From Sinanodonta woodiana (lineage: Eukaryota), in assembly GCA_046254885.1 (NCBI GenBank), contig CM100994.1:93638727-93702726 (forward strand): DNA of 64,000 bases. Reading direction: 5' to 3'. Positions 37,360 to 50,518 of the stretch are shown piece by piece. The notes beneath the pieces are model-generated. The model was not told where the DNA came from. It saw only the letters and a program-made list of their open reading frames with translations, and did no database searches. Every line of letters begins with the position of its first letter. Position 1 is the first letter of the stretch. The position numbers and the translations under genes were made by a program.

Positions 37360-38487
37360 TGTTCAGTATGTAGTCGCTATTAAAATCTAGTTGTCACAGT
37401 AAACTAACTGTGTGACTCCAGGTGCAGTAGTTATGATTGGAAACTGATATATTATATAACGGAATCAACGGGGAAGGACTATTTCACCGTTGGCCTGTGT
37501 TATTCCAATGGTGGGAACTATGGTGCAAGTACAGACAAAAAAATGTGTCATAATCTCATAAGCTTGCGTAGTATGAGTAGTTCTATGCATAAGGTGACTT
37601 AGTTATATAGTTTCACAACTTAAAACACAGGCGGTACGTTTATGAAGAGAATTCATGCAGTTGCGTGGTTGATACATAATTGGGAAATTTGGAAATTTGT
37701 CGTGTTCTATATTAATTAGAATAAAACTATTTATAGACTGGACATTCCAGTTTACAACAGGAATCAGCAGAAACAATTATGGCTACAACTGAGATTCGCG
37801 CCAGAGTTTGACATCGCTCTGTCAAGAAACCTCTTTGATTGTATTTTCAACTAATATTTTGAATTGGCGTCATAATGCAGAGCCATTTAAGACTGTTTCT
37901 TCCTGATTCACACATAGAAGACTGCAGTACACTTTACAGGTTTCATTGTGTTACGTGCTTAGGCTTGAATAAGCAACAACACAGAAAGAGTGAAAAATAA
38001 CAAACATGTAAAACTTTAATAAACTATTTATTGAGTATACATATTTTCATAAAAGAAAATAAATAACTTACGATTTTAGGGAATAAGTCAAAATTTCATG
38101 AATCCAAAAGAATTCACAATATAATCCACTAAGAATTAACAAGTATAATCCACTTGTGGAATCGTTAAAGTCCTGCTAGTAAAATGTTATATTAGTTTCT
38201 CGGTTTGAATCTTGACGATGTAATAATAATAAAAAATGGCATACGATGTCACGTGATGCAGTTCTGATTTTAATCTTACGAAAGTTTAATGAGCACACGA
38301 TTTAAGTATCACAAATAAATTCCTTTTGAATCAAAACGAGTTGAAATATTTTACCAGTACAAGGTAATAATATATAAAATTCATCTTTTCCCAAACGAAT
38401 TTAAATAAATTTACGATATATCTCAAAACACAACTATTTTTTTAAAGCCCACTCTGCTCTTAGCTTGCAACACTCCACTATATAAAT

Positions 38488-38653
38488 ATATAAAGCCTGA
38501 TTTTAAGATGTCAATTTGTCAATCCAGAGTGGTCAAATCCTACAAAGCTTTTCCAGGCATCGAATCGTTAATTTAAGCCTTCCTCCAAATAGCAAAAAAA
38601 TAAAATGATGCCCCTGCGTCCGAGATAGGCTGCTCAGGGTAATCCTATGGATT
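38488..38653. repeat. left TIR of II-a (outer ~70 bp missing)
   Basis: ataaagcctgattttaagatgtcaatttgtcaatccagag...ccgagataggctgctcagggtaatcctatgg is mirrored at 53930-54130. Confidence 0.6.
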
Positions 38654-39313
38654 TTAAGTGGATATTTGATCAAGTCTGATACGATATCGTGTCCTAGGGT
38701 CATACAAATTAATTGTAACAAATCCGTGTGCGGTCGACTGAGCATGACTGAAAAAGTTTTTAAATTTATTGAAGTCCATGTCGGAACACCATGTCTGCCA
38801 AATATTTCGTAGCGTATGTGTATCAACGCCATTGAATACAGCAAGAATATTACAGTTATCCCTGATTACTTTTGGTATTTGAGTGTACCGCTGAGTGACA
38901 TATATCACATCAGTGTTTTTATGCCTGCCTCTGGAAAATATCCTAGCAGGGCTTTTTTGATTGTCTAACATTACATCATCGTATACGACTAAATTATTTA
39001 CGCTTCCATCGAGGTCCTCAACGGATGGCGCATCATTGATATCAGTTATAAACTCAATGACGTTTTCTCCTGCAATCTCTGAAGCGTTTTCGTTAAATTC
39101 TTTTAACACTTCATAGCACCGTTGATCATCTACGGACGGGGCAACTAAATACAACTTGTTCCACCTGATCCATCTCATTTTTAAATTAAGTAGCAATTGC
39201 GTCTTGCCGGATCCAGATGGTCCAATGATAATCATCCGAACAGAGTTTGGTAACGCTGCGACGTGTTTTATTGGTTCTCTTGTTTTAGTCGCTGAAAAAT
39301 CAATTACATTCAC
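38654..39313 (-). CDS. FtsK/HerA-type packaging ATPase (intact, 219 aa)
   Basis: IIGPSGSGKTQLLL, LVVYDDVMLD, RGRHKNTDVIYVTQRYTQIPKVIRDNCNIL. Confidence 0.75.
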   Translation of the reverse strand: MNVIDFSATKTREPIKHVAALPNSVRMIIIGPSGSGKTQLLLNLKMRWIRWNKLYLVAPSVDDQRCYEVLKEFNENASEIAGENVIEFITDINDAPSVEDLDGSVNNLVVYDDVMLDNQKSPARIFSRGRHKNTDVIYVTQRYTQIPKVIRDNCNILAVFNGVDTHTLRNIWQTWCSDMDFNKFKNFFSHAQSTAHGFVTINLYDPRTRYRIRLDQIST

Positions 39314-39330
39314 AACGCTATATATAAATT

Positions 39331-39859
39331 ATGGATTTATATTGTGTGAAGTGTAAAACGCGTACTAGCAGAAATGATGTGACGACAATTACAACTAAAA
39401 ATAATCGAACAGCACTTAATGGTAAGTGTGCGACATGTGGTATAAAAAAATTAGATTTGTTTCCTCTGACAGCATCAAGGGTGTTTAAAAAAAACAACTC
39501 GGAGTTGATATTGCAGCCAAATTAGCAAAACTCACAGGAACCCCATGGGAAAAGTATCCCGGAGAAAAGCACCTTCCAGGATATAGCTACTGTGGCCCGG
39601 GAACACGATTAGATATCAGACTAGATGAACAAAATCAACCCCGACCTGGCGAGAATCCGATAAATGCTATTGATAATACGTGTCATGCTCATGATGTTGC
39701 TTATAAAAGTAGCAATTTGCAGCAAAGGCATATCGCTGATGTAAAATTAATTCATGCGCTAAATGCTATTCCTGATAAATCCTTCAAAGAAAAATTGGCT
39801 TCATGGTTGGTAAAAACAGCTATGAAAGGTAAGTTGGTGATGGGCGCTAATTATAAATA
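39331..39859 (+). CDS. C4 zinc-finger / PLA2 protein; +1 frame break in A8 at 39487-39494
   Basis: MDLYCVKCKTRT...GKCATCG, then in the next frame YSYCGPGTRLD (YxGxG) and CHAHDVAY (HDxxY). Contiguous if the A-run is read one base longer, the same site and direction as in the I-A copy. Confidence 0.65.
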
Positions 39860-39861
39860 AT

Positions 39862-40796
39862 ATGGAATATATTTATTATTCTCCGAGAGGATACTGGAGG
39901 GGTAAAGCTGCAATTAGTAAACTCGCAAGTGCCGCAAGGGTAAAAAAGACAACTGCGGATAATTGGTTATCCAAACAAGCTATTTGGCAAATTTTTCTAC
40001 CACGCCCTAAACAAATCAACTTTTCGCATTTTGATGTTACTGTACCTAATGAAGTTCATCAAGCTGATTTATTATTTTTGCCACATGATAACGGTTACAA
40101 ATACGCGCTAACAGTAGTTGATGTAGCGAGTCGATACAAACAGACAGAGCCATTGAAAACAAAGTCGGCATCTGAAGATGCTTCTGCATTTGAAAGGATT
40201 TATCGTAGAGGTCCTCTGCGCTGGCCAAATCTACTACAGGTTGATCCTGGTAAGGAATTTCAAGGTGTTGTTGCATCTTCAATGAAACATCATAATGCCG
40301 CCATCAGACGAGGACATACTGCACTACATCGTGATCAGGCAATTATTGAACGATTCAATCGGACTCTTGCTGAGCGGTTATTTGGATATCAATACGCAAA
40401 AGAATTCATTCAGGATAAAAGATCTCGTGAATGGGTTAAAAGGTTACCAGGAGTAGTTGCAGCTCTAAATAATGAGATTACCAGAACAATCAATATGAAA
40501 CCCAGCGACGCAATAAAAAAAGTATATACCCGGACAACCACGAGATGGTTATTCCCAGCCAATTCTTGGTAATGTCACTGTGAGATATTTATACGAGCCA
40601 GGAGAGCTTGAAGGTGGTACAGCGAGGGCTACTGATCCTATTTGGAGTGTTACATAGGATATCTACTATAACACGATCAACTGGTACACCTCCAATCTAT
40701 AAGTTGGATTCAACTGCACCTCAGCGGGGTTTTACACGAGAACAACTACAAGTGATTCCTGACGATACTCAATTGTCTCCATGCGGCCTTAACTAG
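39862..40796 (+). CDS. rve integrase (DD35E; 236-aa ORF intact through the core; C-terminal SH3-like region frameshifted)
   Basis: LTVVDVASRY..VDPGKEF..35 aa..ERFNRTL. C-terminal VRYLYEPGELEGG and YKLDSTAPQRGFTREQLQVIPDDTQL are in other frames. Confidence 0.8.
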
Positions 40797-41193
40797 CGCC
40801 TTTTCGTCTATTACACTCAAGATATGTCAACATCACATTATCGCGTATATGCCCGAGATTGTTATTTTTTCTGTCTACGGTAAATTGACGAGGGTCTTTA
40901 TCCGAATACTGCCAGCGCATTATACAATTGCAACTCGCACAGTGATTATTATGTTGCTGTTTCAAAACAATTATAAATTCAGCATCAATATCAAATTCCC
41001 GTTTATTTTTTTATCCTGTTGTTTGTATCCAGAGAGTTTTTTATTCATAATTTTAATATCGAAAATGCTGGTATTTTTAATATCACTGATTGTGGTTTCT
41101 GCGTCATCATCGAAAACAATTCTTCGAAGTTAATTTAATCGCCGCACTCTGGATACTGCAAGATATACTAAATTCGACCACTCAATGCGATTA

Positions 41194-44100
41194 TCAACTA
41201 TCCAAACAATTGTATCCGTGATGATTAATCCCTGCGAAGAGTATTGTTGCTGCGTAACCTAGCGTCCATGGTGATTTATCAGCACGCAACGCATCTTCGA
41301 CAGCACTAATATCAACCAGTACAATATCATTTAATACTAAAATCTGTTTTTCTGTCAACCGGCCTGGAACTTCAACTTCAATATTTTGTCGCCGTGTGTC
41401 CGAAGGCCTGTAACACAACGGTACTGGCACCGTTGGAAATTTTTCTTTATGCAACTCGAATAACTTTCTCTGAAGTGTATCTCTGACTATTTTTCTACTT
41501 GCGATTATCAAATCATTTGGTCTCCACGTTTCCCAAAAGTCATTCATGGTAGTTTCTGGAATTATTTCACGCGCTACTTCACATTGAATTCTATCGGGTT
41601 GTAATCTGATTAGTTTCTTGAATTCTCGTAATGGTTCATCAAGTGCTCTATGGTCAGTATCGATTTCTTCATAATAGTCAACAAACCCTTTCAGGTAATC
41701 ATGTGGACTCTTGCCAACAAATGGTGGTGGTTGACCATGATCGCCACACATTATCACTTTTGTATTCGAACGCAACAACCAATCAATAAACATTTGTAGC
41801 ACATCTAGCGAAACAGTGCATATTACATCCCATATAATGATTTCAGGAATAAATTTCTCGCCCATTCTTTCAGGGGTCCACTCATCACCTTTATATCTAA
41901 AAAAGCTGTGATAAGTACATGCATCTACGTTTCGTTGTTTTCTCTCTCTCGCTAGTCTGTGAGTCGGTGTAAGCACAATCATATTTGCACGATCTCGATA
42001 TAATTCTATCGCACGTGTTGTTTTCCCTGACCCGCCACATCCGTTTAAATAAACTGTTTTATACCTACAAATCGGGTCAGATACCACTGGTGCATTAGAC
42101 CACTTTGATAAATTATCACCGCGTAAGTAATTATCGGCCATCGGGACATCTGCTGATTTGAAATAATCACGTCGTATTTCATTTTTAATTCTCCATGTGC
42201 CCCAACTCTCATTTGGATTAGTAAATTCAGCCACTTCGTTTATGTAATTGCGGTCAATATACATTGAATCAATTGCAACTCTAACCGCAGTATTAGGAAA
42301 TCTATTTATCATTGAAAATAAATTGATAGAAGCATAACCCAGCATAGATGCCCTCAAATGTGCATACGGAGAACTTTCACCGTCGTTGTAAGTAACAATT
42401 GTACCTAACTTTACCCCATTGGACAAGAAAGCTGTTTTACAATTCGCATATCTATTTTTTGCTACTGCATCTTTGATTACAAAATCGTATTCGGCGTCAT
42501 CTATAATCAGCCGTGAAGAATATCTTTTATAATCGTAGTTTTCCCCCCTTGAGTAAATTTGCCAATTATTCTCCTGCCGAGATCTTTTGCTTCGATGTTT
42601 CGTTGGTTGAATATCTTTTTGGATCACTCAATGATATATTCTTCGTTGCAATCTCGAAGATGTTTTCTTGATTCGTCAATTATACTATCAAGACGCTCTG
42701 GTTATGGCAGCCAGACATCAGTCTGCGCTCGATATGATATAATTGCCTCGCTGACAATCAACGAAATTTGCATTTTACAATCAATCATATATCGCAATAA
42801 CACTATTGGCAGTCATATTTTTTCAGACATATGTCTACCAATCCAAACATAACAACACGGATGCAGTCCAGTTGCGAATTCAAATGATACTACTTTAGCA
42901 AATCCGGTTAAATCAAAATCAGGTAATGGTCCATTAATAGCAACACGAGTCATTTCATGTACTGGGTGACCAAATCGTTTGTAATACTCAGCACACTCCC
43001 CATACCCGAGGAAACTCCCTGGATAACAAGCAACCATATCAACGGAAATCATACTATCTCGGTCGTATTTATTATTCCATAAACCACCGTGATTAAGTTT
43101 CAAAAAGCTTGATTGTACATCTGGTAAAAAATCTCTGCGTGTTGGTTTTCACGCATTTTTCTTTCTTGCAGCATGGGCTGCAATCGATGGAATTGTAAAA
43201 CAATTTGTCAGTAATTGTTCGTCTGATTTTCCATCATTGAATTCCATGGCGAGTTTTTTCATCCGTGTATGGAGATCTTCAGTGCGGTATAATTCACCGT
43301 TAGGTCTTACAAATTGATTGAATCCACACTCTTCATCTTCAGCACTGCGAAGTAACCACACTGACACAGGGTCATTTTTACACGCACACGCAATAGCATC
43401 GAATAGTCTTTCTTCCGTGAGAAGTCCATCCCTGGTGAATTCTTTAGGGATAGACTTCAATGTTCTATCCCGTGGGAATATTGTAATCGTGGGTGTCCAA
43501 GCGTGTTTGTTATGATCAATAATTTTGATTGGAGCTCCGTTTTTATTGTATTTCAATTCGTATAACACCTCAGCGGTAATCGTTATAACGGTTATTGGAA
43601 ATCTTAGCAGTGTTTCTAATTTAGATATATCAGTAATAGTTACTACATTCTCTTTCACAGTTAAATCCCATTCATTAATTTTCTTACGCCGCAGCTCAGT
43701 CAATTTATTTCCACAGAGTGCATTTGTAAAATATTCCATTACTCGTGCTGCTACACAATTCAATGAAGCCCCTGACGAGAGTTTCATTTGTGCTAGTTTT
43801 CCAATATCAGGCTTCTTACTCAACGGGTATATCCCATAAACAACTGCTGTTTCAGGATAAGCTCGTTCATAGCATGGTCTGTCAATTCCAGTTTACAAAC
43901 CCGGATTGGAATCACGGCTAACAGTTAATGTTTTCTTGTCGCTAAGAATTGGAACTAATTTGTCTCTTATAATCCAATCACCTCATTCCAATTCCGCATG
44001 GATAATAAATTTCACTCTAAAAAATACTTTTTACTGTCAAGTTGTGATTACATCGCAGCAGCAGTTTCATCATTCATGGTGGCATCAACAACGCCATCAA

Positions 44101-44284
44101 ATTTAAATCTCGACCAGCTATGAGATGCACCGTCGTGCTTTAATTCCTCTGCACAGTCACAAATTTTATTTATTAAACTTCTATCCGTTATTGCCTTTTT
44201 GAGGGTATTTTTGAGGGGTCTATCGAGATTAAATTTAATATTTTTCGAAGGCTTAATCGCCGATAATCTCTCGAACTCCTTCAT
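41194..44284 (-). CDS. replicase, ~1,030 aa: N-terminal unknown domains plus intact 477-aa SF1 helicase (upstream part in 4 frame-shifted pieces)
   Basis: 41194..42627: VYLNGCGGSGKTTRAIELY, LTPTHRLA, IMCGDHGQPPPF, motif-VI region degraded (TILFAGINHHG). Upstream pieces 42813..43103 (MISVDMVACYPGSFLGYGEC), 43149..43823 (IKIIDHNKHAW) and 44048..44284. Confidence 0.7.
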
Positions 44285-44329
44285 GTTATAATTAAAACAA
44301 GTATTTAAATAAAAAAAATTATTATATGA

Positions 44330-44663
44330 TGAATAATTGCAAATGGCTTATGATAGGTTCGACAACTCCATGTAACAAGTCTTGTAGAAATGAATACTGT
44401 GGATATCATTTACAGAGTGTTCGAAAGGGTCGAAAGGTCCCTTAAAATGCCTTGCTTGCGGAATTGGCGTGAGAGGATATTCACAACTTTGCGTGGTGTG
44501 TGGAGGCAAGCGGTATAGAGAATTAAAACGTTACTATGACAAGCGAATAGAAAATGCAGTGATTGACCCTACCCTTGACTCTGTCAAAGACAAAATCATC
44601 AAAACCCCACATGACTACATTAATAGATTTATAATTAAGACAAATAATAAATTAGACAAATAG
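44330..44663 (+). pseudogene. small Cys-rich zinc-ribbon protein (frameshift)
   Basis: STTPCNKSCRNEYCGYHLQS then LKCLACGIGVRGYSQLCVVCGGKRYRELKRYY. Confidence 0.45.
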
Positions 44664-44689
44664 TATTTTTTTTACAAATGAGCTAAGAA

Positions 44690-45237
44690 TTCAAACCTCA
44701 TCCAGTGCTAAGTAATTCTGAAGCATCTCGTGATGGCATTGTTAGAAATCGTATTCTAAAGAATACATTAAAGAAGATGTATAATACCACGGGGTATTTG
44801 ATGTTCATTGCTGGTTGAAAAGTATTACATTCACAGAACCATCTATGAAGCATTTAACGGATTAATCGAGGACGGATTTGTGATTGATCATAAAAATGGC
44901 GTAAAAACTGATGACTCTCTTCAGAATCTCCAAGTTGTTACTCAAAGTTAGAATACAAAATTCGGTGGAACTGGCAAATATGGAAAACAAAAAAAAAAGG
45001 GTTGTGAAATCATTTGACACAGCAACTAACAAAAAAGAAATATTTCAGTCAATAAATGCTGCTGGAAAATGTTTCGATATTTGTCCACTCTCAGTACAAA
45101 AAGTAGCAGAAGGAATATATCGGACACCGACTTCCAGGCGAAATAAACTCAAAATTCGATTTGAATACATTACACCAAGTGGAGATTATTCCTGCGTGGA
45201 TATTCCAGAGTGTAGAGTTATGCCGCTTTATCCATGA
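44690..45237 (+). pseudogene. HNH endonuclease remnant (heavily degraded)
   Basis: GFVIDHKNGVKTDDSLQNLQVVTQS then a stop. The C-terminal AGKCFDICPLSVQKV matches the SAGKYYDICQQSLKRV tail of the other copies. Confidence 0.45.
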
Positions 45238-46984
45238 TTACAACGTCAATGGGTTTAGTCACTTTGCCTTACATGTGTATTGATGACGTATTCTTTTGTT
45301 GTTATTTATACTTCCTGATATAAATACAATGAAAGAATTAGTTCGTATATTTTACAAAAATAACCTGCATATGTGTGATTTAAACTAAATTGTAAATCAC
45401 TTATTGTTAGATGGGGGTTGGGAAAATTCACAGTCAAAACAGCTATAATGTACTAGATCTGTATCAAAGGTTTTTTTGCTTGTTCACCGTGTGAAAAGAT
45501 TTTATCTGACGCGCGGGTCGGCTATTGTTATTAATTTCGAAAGAATTTTCTCCAAGTGTTTTACTGATTTTTTTACCACACATACCTTGCAGACGACTAT
45601 ACTAGTATATACATCTCTGTGAATTTGGTCCTGTTACATCAGTATCAAATCAATTGAACAATTAAAATGTCAATTGTCATTTCCTTACCGAAACAGTCTT
45701 TAATATAAACTATGAAGGAATTGTTGATGATAATGATATCATTTTTTACCCTGTAATACAGCGGTTTTCGGATTAAAGGTAAACAGACGATTATAATACG
45801 TAGTGGTCACGTGATCGGTAACTGTCTTCTCTTGTACAACATACATAGATTAAAAACTCTCTTATTGCTAAGTGTGACCCGTGGTCTAGTGCAAACGTGT
45901 TGGCTTGTGGAACTCTACCAAGCTGACTGCTGCGGGTTCACGCCCCATTGCAGGCGAATGCCCGGTGGTAGCGACGTATGCTTTTTTCTTTATAATTGAG
46001 AAGGAGAGGCGACCTCCTTGTCGAAATTCAAAATGAAACCAAAAGATGCAATCCATGGCTATCTATTCACGGTAGCTTTGGGATTGAAGATTTTACTTCA
46101 ACCATGCAATCAATGAATTTGATTTTCATTGATTGCATTTTTGGTTCTATTTTGAATTTCGACCATTATGACTCAATCATTTCATTATATCATCATTTAT
46201 CCATTCATTGTATATATGCTCTTTGTATGTCTCCTCCCCTTTGGGCTTACTTGGATGTGAAGGCGCAACCAAGGAGTTCCAAAGATGTATTGTATATATG
46301 TCAGCTACAGTCTGCCAAAACACTCGATATTGGAGATTAATGGCTTTCGTAAATGTCCTTAATTAAGTTAATTAAGTTAGTTAAGTTATCATTGTATATA
46401 AATCATAAATCATAAATCATTGTATATAATCATATGATAAAAACGGAGGTCTCAAAGAGACCTCCCGATATTTTTTCATTAAAAATTACTTTGCAATTTT
46501 CATAATTAAATAAATATATTTTAATATATTATGGATAATCAGGATTTACATCTTATAATTTCTGAAATTTCAAATTTGAAAAATCGTAGAATAAAATCAG
46601 AAGTTCTCAACACAGATTTCATTACTTCTGAATTTAGTCGAATAGACGGTAAGTTAAAACACGGTTACTATGTTTTACCTAAAATGTATTCATTAATATA
46701 AAAAAATACAGACATCAATAAATTCATCTCTGTTTGGAATGACATAGACGAATTGATACAGTTATTTAGCATTGTTGAATCCGTCAGACAAAAACTATGA
46801 TGTGAATATAATCGAAGGGCAGAAATAGCTTTAAAACTTAAAAATATTAAACAAATTATTAATGAAGACTCTAGAAATTGCAAAGCTGAAAATCCTACGG
46901 ATTTTTCAGTAGAATTATCTCATGAGGTACCTCACACGCATTAAATTTTCACAATTACATTCCTGACTAATCAAGGGAAAACCC

Positions 46985-47225
46985 TATGGTAAAAATACTT
47001 CCTAGATTATGACTTGTAAGAGTTCTTTTTTTCAGGGTAAAATTCAACTTGCGTTAACAAAGCGCTATTCACTTCCTTGATTATGACTTGTATTGTAAGA
47101 GTTCTTTTTCAAGGTAATATTCAACTTTGAAAATGCTTTGCATTTTTACGATACATAAATAACAAAGCGTGATTCACTTCTTGATTGTAATGATAAAAAT
47201 CAACGCGCGCGCTTAAACTCTAACA
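46985..47225. promoter_or_regulatory. direct-repeat array upstream of the II-a structural module (candidate late promoter/enhancer)
   Basis: cttcctagattatgacttgtaagagttctttttttcagggtaaaattcaact occurs twice, and aacaaagcg[c/t][t/g]attcacttc[c]ttgatt occurs twice, within 240 bp before gene A (47270). Confidence 0.35.
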
Positions 47226-47269
47226 CGGAATCTATTCACAATTGAAAACATTAATGGGAAATTAGAATA

Positions 47270-47734
47270 ATGATCGCAGAAGCGATGACTTCGAGAATAA
47301 ATAAGGAACGACTCGTGGCCCTTAAAAGGTTCATACTGATTAGGGACCGTCTAAGGGACAAATTACAACAGCAAGCTCAAACGGACTTTTCTATTGAGCC
47401 TGAAGACCTTTTTGCCCCTGTAACGAGTGCAACAAGAGAGGTTAAAACCGCAGCAGAGCGTGTCATATACGGTGATATACCCAAAGAAGGAAAGCGACAT
47501 GAGATGCCTGTCCTTGGTGTACTTGAAAAGATAGCAGCTGAAACTGAAAAGACACAGCAAGGGATAAAGAAATTATCCAGTGATATAAAAACCCAACGAG
47601 AGTTTGAGCGATTAGCTGATATTGATGATGAAAATATACCAGCGCCTGAACCAGCAAAAGAAAAATCTCAACGAGGTGTTCCTTTTATAAATAAATTTGA
47701 TGAGGATGCTATAAAAAGAATAAGAGAGGGTTGA
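47270..47734 (+). CDS. protein A
   Basis: 154-aa ORF; N-terminal RINKERLVALKRFILIRD aligns with the I-B copy. Confidence 0.45.
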   Translation: MIAEAMTSRINKERLVALKRFILIRDRLRDKLQQQAQTDFSIEPEDLFAPVTSATREVKTAAERVIYGDIPKEGKRHEMPVLGVLEKIAAETEKTQQGIKKLSSDIKTQREFERLADIDDENIPAPEPAKEKSQRGVPFINKFDEDAIKRIREG

Positions 47735-47735
47735 A

Positions 47736-48376
47736 TTGAATAAACTAGAGGATTATACAACCTTTGGTGATTTTGCTATCAAAAATTATTATCAAAGGGA
47801 ACAATTTTTAAACGACCAGTATAAAAATAGTGAAATAAGCAAAAACGACTGGGTTGATTGGTTATATAAAATAAATAAGGGAATTACTGGCAATTTAAAA
47901 AGGGATACACTAGAGTACAGAGCTTTTAGATTAGGGGCTGATAGTTATGGTATACAGCGACAACAACTACGAGTGCAAGAACTACAATGACGACGAGAAG
48001 AACGAGGACGGGGTCGAGGACGGGGTCAAGGGAGGGGTCAAGGCGGGGTCGAGGTCGAGGTCAACAAGCGCAATCACCTGATGATAGTCAAGGAGCAACT
48101 GGTACAACTAAGGAGGTGATTGCTAGTGGGTATTCAAGTGGTGGCAACATTGGAAATTCAGCTGTGACATGTCCTGGCAATATTCTCAGTGATATACCAC
48201 GGCTAGAAGTTCTAATTGGTGCAAAACGATCTGGAAATAATTCTACGGAAATAATTTATGATTCAGCTGATATTTATCGAAGACTATTTCAAGGTGGTGT
48301 CATGGACATTAATTTATATCGTGAGCTTATTGAAGAGTTAGTGGAAGGTCACCGAGATGGTTATTACAGCGACTGA
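47736..48376 (+). CDS. protein B (two ORFs joined by a frameshift; RG-rich linker)
   Basis: 47736..47990 plus 47987..48376. A GA-rich repeat encodes RTRTGSRTGSREGSRRGRGRGQ. C-terminal GGNIGNSAVTCPGNILSDIPRLEVLIG...GYYSD. Confidence 0.45.
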
Positions 48377-48479
48377 ATTTTCACAATTGGAAAACCAGTA
48401 CTTAGAAACTGTTAGCAATTGAAAACACTAGTATTTTTATAATAAGATGATCAAACACTATAATCATGATAAACCAACT

Positions 48480-48927
48480 AGCGTCTACGTGGCAAACTCA
48501 CGACTGCCTGTGTATAGCGCATGCTACGGTGACGGTCTTGGCAATAATATTGTAGGTTTATTTACAAAAAATGGCCCCAAAAGTGTCACCGCTAGCTAAA
48601 CAATTAGGGATGAAAGCTATTGATGTTATTCGTGATAGGGGAATTAGCGCTGTTGGAGATCTTGCTGAAAATGCATTTTTTGGAGCAAAGGATAAAATAG
48701 TATCACTGGTAAAATCCAGAAGAAAAATGCCAATAGTGCTACCATCTACAACAGTGATGCCTGCAAGTGTTAGTAAAGTAATAAATAGCGCAGCGGAGCA
48801 AAAACTAGCATCATTAGTAACTTCACCAGTGCCATCAATGACTTCGTCGGATACAACAAATAACGCTATCATGAGTGCGATATCGGGGAGTGGATTAAAG
48901 CCACGAAGAAGAAAAAAAAACAATTAA
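48480..48927 (+). pseudogene. protein C (N-terminal frameshift)
   Basis: ANSRLPVYSACYGDGLGNNIVGLFTKNGPK is in a different frame from ORF 48571..48927. Confidence 0.4.
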
Positions 48928-49018
48928 AAATTCATTGAATTTGAAAATCCTCTGGATTTTTATACTAATGCTGGCATTAGTATTTAGAAATTTTTATAGC
49001 AATTGAAAATACTAGTAT

Positions 49019-50449
49019 TTGAATATAATGTTTAAACGAACAGTCGACACTGCGTTTGACATAGACGCACCAGTACGTAAATATGATTCAGTTCGTGATT
49101 ATCAGTGTTATTCCTATCATGCTATGCAACCTAACTTACGATCACGAATTGAACTTCAAGTCCAGGATACCAGTAAATACTTTTTGCCATGTGAAGTATT
49201 TATTGAAGTCGAAGGAGAACTAGTAACAAATGTTGCAGCCGATACACCATATGATAATAACCAAAATATCCGAGTTGGATTTGTCAACAATGGTATCATG
49301 GCGCTATTTGAAAGTGCAAGATATCTCATTGATGGAAAAGACATTGAATCAATCGACCGTGAGGTTGATATTGCAACAACAATAATCGGACTAGCAAGAT
49401 ATTCTGATGATTATACAAGGTCAGTTGGTCCGTCTATGATGTTTGCCAAGGATACTTCTGATCAACCTGACCACCTTCAGTACATCAGTTAACTCCATAA
49501 GACACTTCAGTTGCTAATCAACAAGAAGCAGCTAATCCAGAATGCCGAGCTAGACCAGGTGCGGATTTCGACATTATAAAAGGTGTTAACGAAAATTACA
49601 ATCTAGGATTTGCAACACGAAAGGCAACATTACATGGACAACGCAGACAGTTTTCATGTGCGATTCCGCTTCATCATATATTTGGATTCTGCAGAAATGT
49701 CAGAAAAGTCATTTATGGAGCAAAGCATACAATCGCGCTAGTACGAAAAGGTGATGACAATGATGCAATCTGGCGTGCTGCTGGTGTTGCTGCTGGTAAA
49801 GTTGTTTTAAGAAAATTAGCGCTGTGGATGCCAGTAATGACCCCGTCAATTACCGAAGAACAACGGTTACTTTCATTTATGGACACAGGAGGTAAATCAT
49901 TGCTAAGTTGGCTAACAACAACGACTGATACCAAGGATGATGATGCTGCAGGGACTTTTACATGGCACTTAGCAGCAAAACAAGGTGTTTCAGCTCCACG
50001 TCATATAGTTATTGCGCTACAAGATCGTGCACGATTAAATTCCCAAGAACACAGTCATATGATATTTAATCCACTCGGTGTTAGTGAGGTTTCGCTGAGA
50101 ATAAATGGCCAGCAGGAACCAACCGAGGATATACAACTCGATTATGGTCAAAACCAGGTTGCACGTGTGTATCATCGGATGCTGTCATTTATGGGTCGTG
50201 ATCAAAATGTCGATACTGGTTAACAAATATCGCAACTTGATTTTAAAAGCCTATATCCGATATATACTTTTCACTGGAACATCTTGATTTAATAAGACAA
50301 TCTGTCGTTGACATACACTTTAGAGCTCGTATTGCCCCTGCTGGTGTTAATAATAGAGCGGTTGCTGTCATTCTCAGTGATAAATCAATGCTGTTGGAAG
50401 GGGTTGGTGGACGAATGAGACTTATTGATGCACCAGTGGAAAATATGTA
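49019..50449 (+). pseudogene. candidate major capsid protein (3-4 ORF pieces)
   Basis: 49019..49492, ~49560-49830, 49828..50223 and 50240..50449 are collinear with the II-b copy 62606-64000. Confidence 0.4.
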
Positions 50450-50518
50450 GTTGAAATGGAAAATATTTCAGATTTTTACAATTAGATCAATTGAAAGCAT
50501 AAATGATTTTACAATAAA

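Noticed and set aside
45860-45970. Possible tRNA/SINE-like pol III unit: A-box-like GTGGTCTAGTG, B-box-like GGGTTCACGCC about 55 nt apart, with a T-run terminator at 45963-45969.
   Set aside because: I could not fold a cloverleaf with a 7-bp acceptor stem, and the B box deviates from GGTTCGANTCC. At most this is a degraded tRNA-derived fragment.
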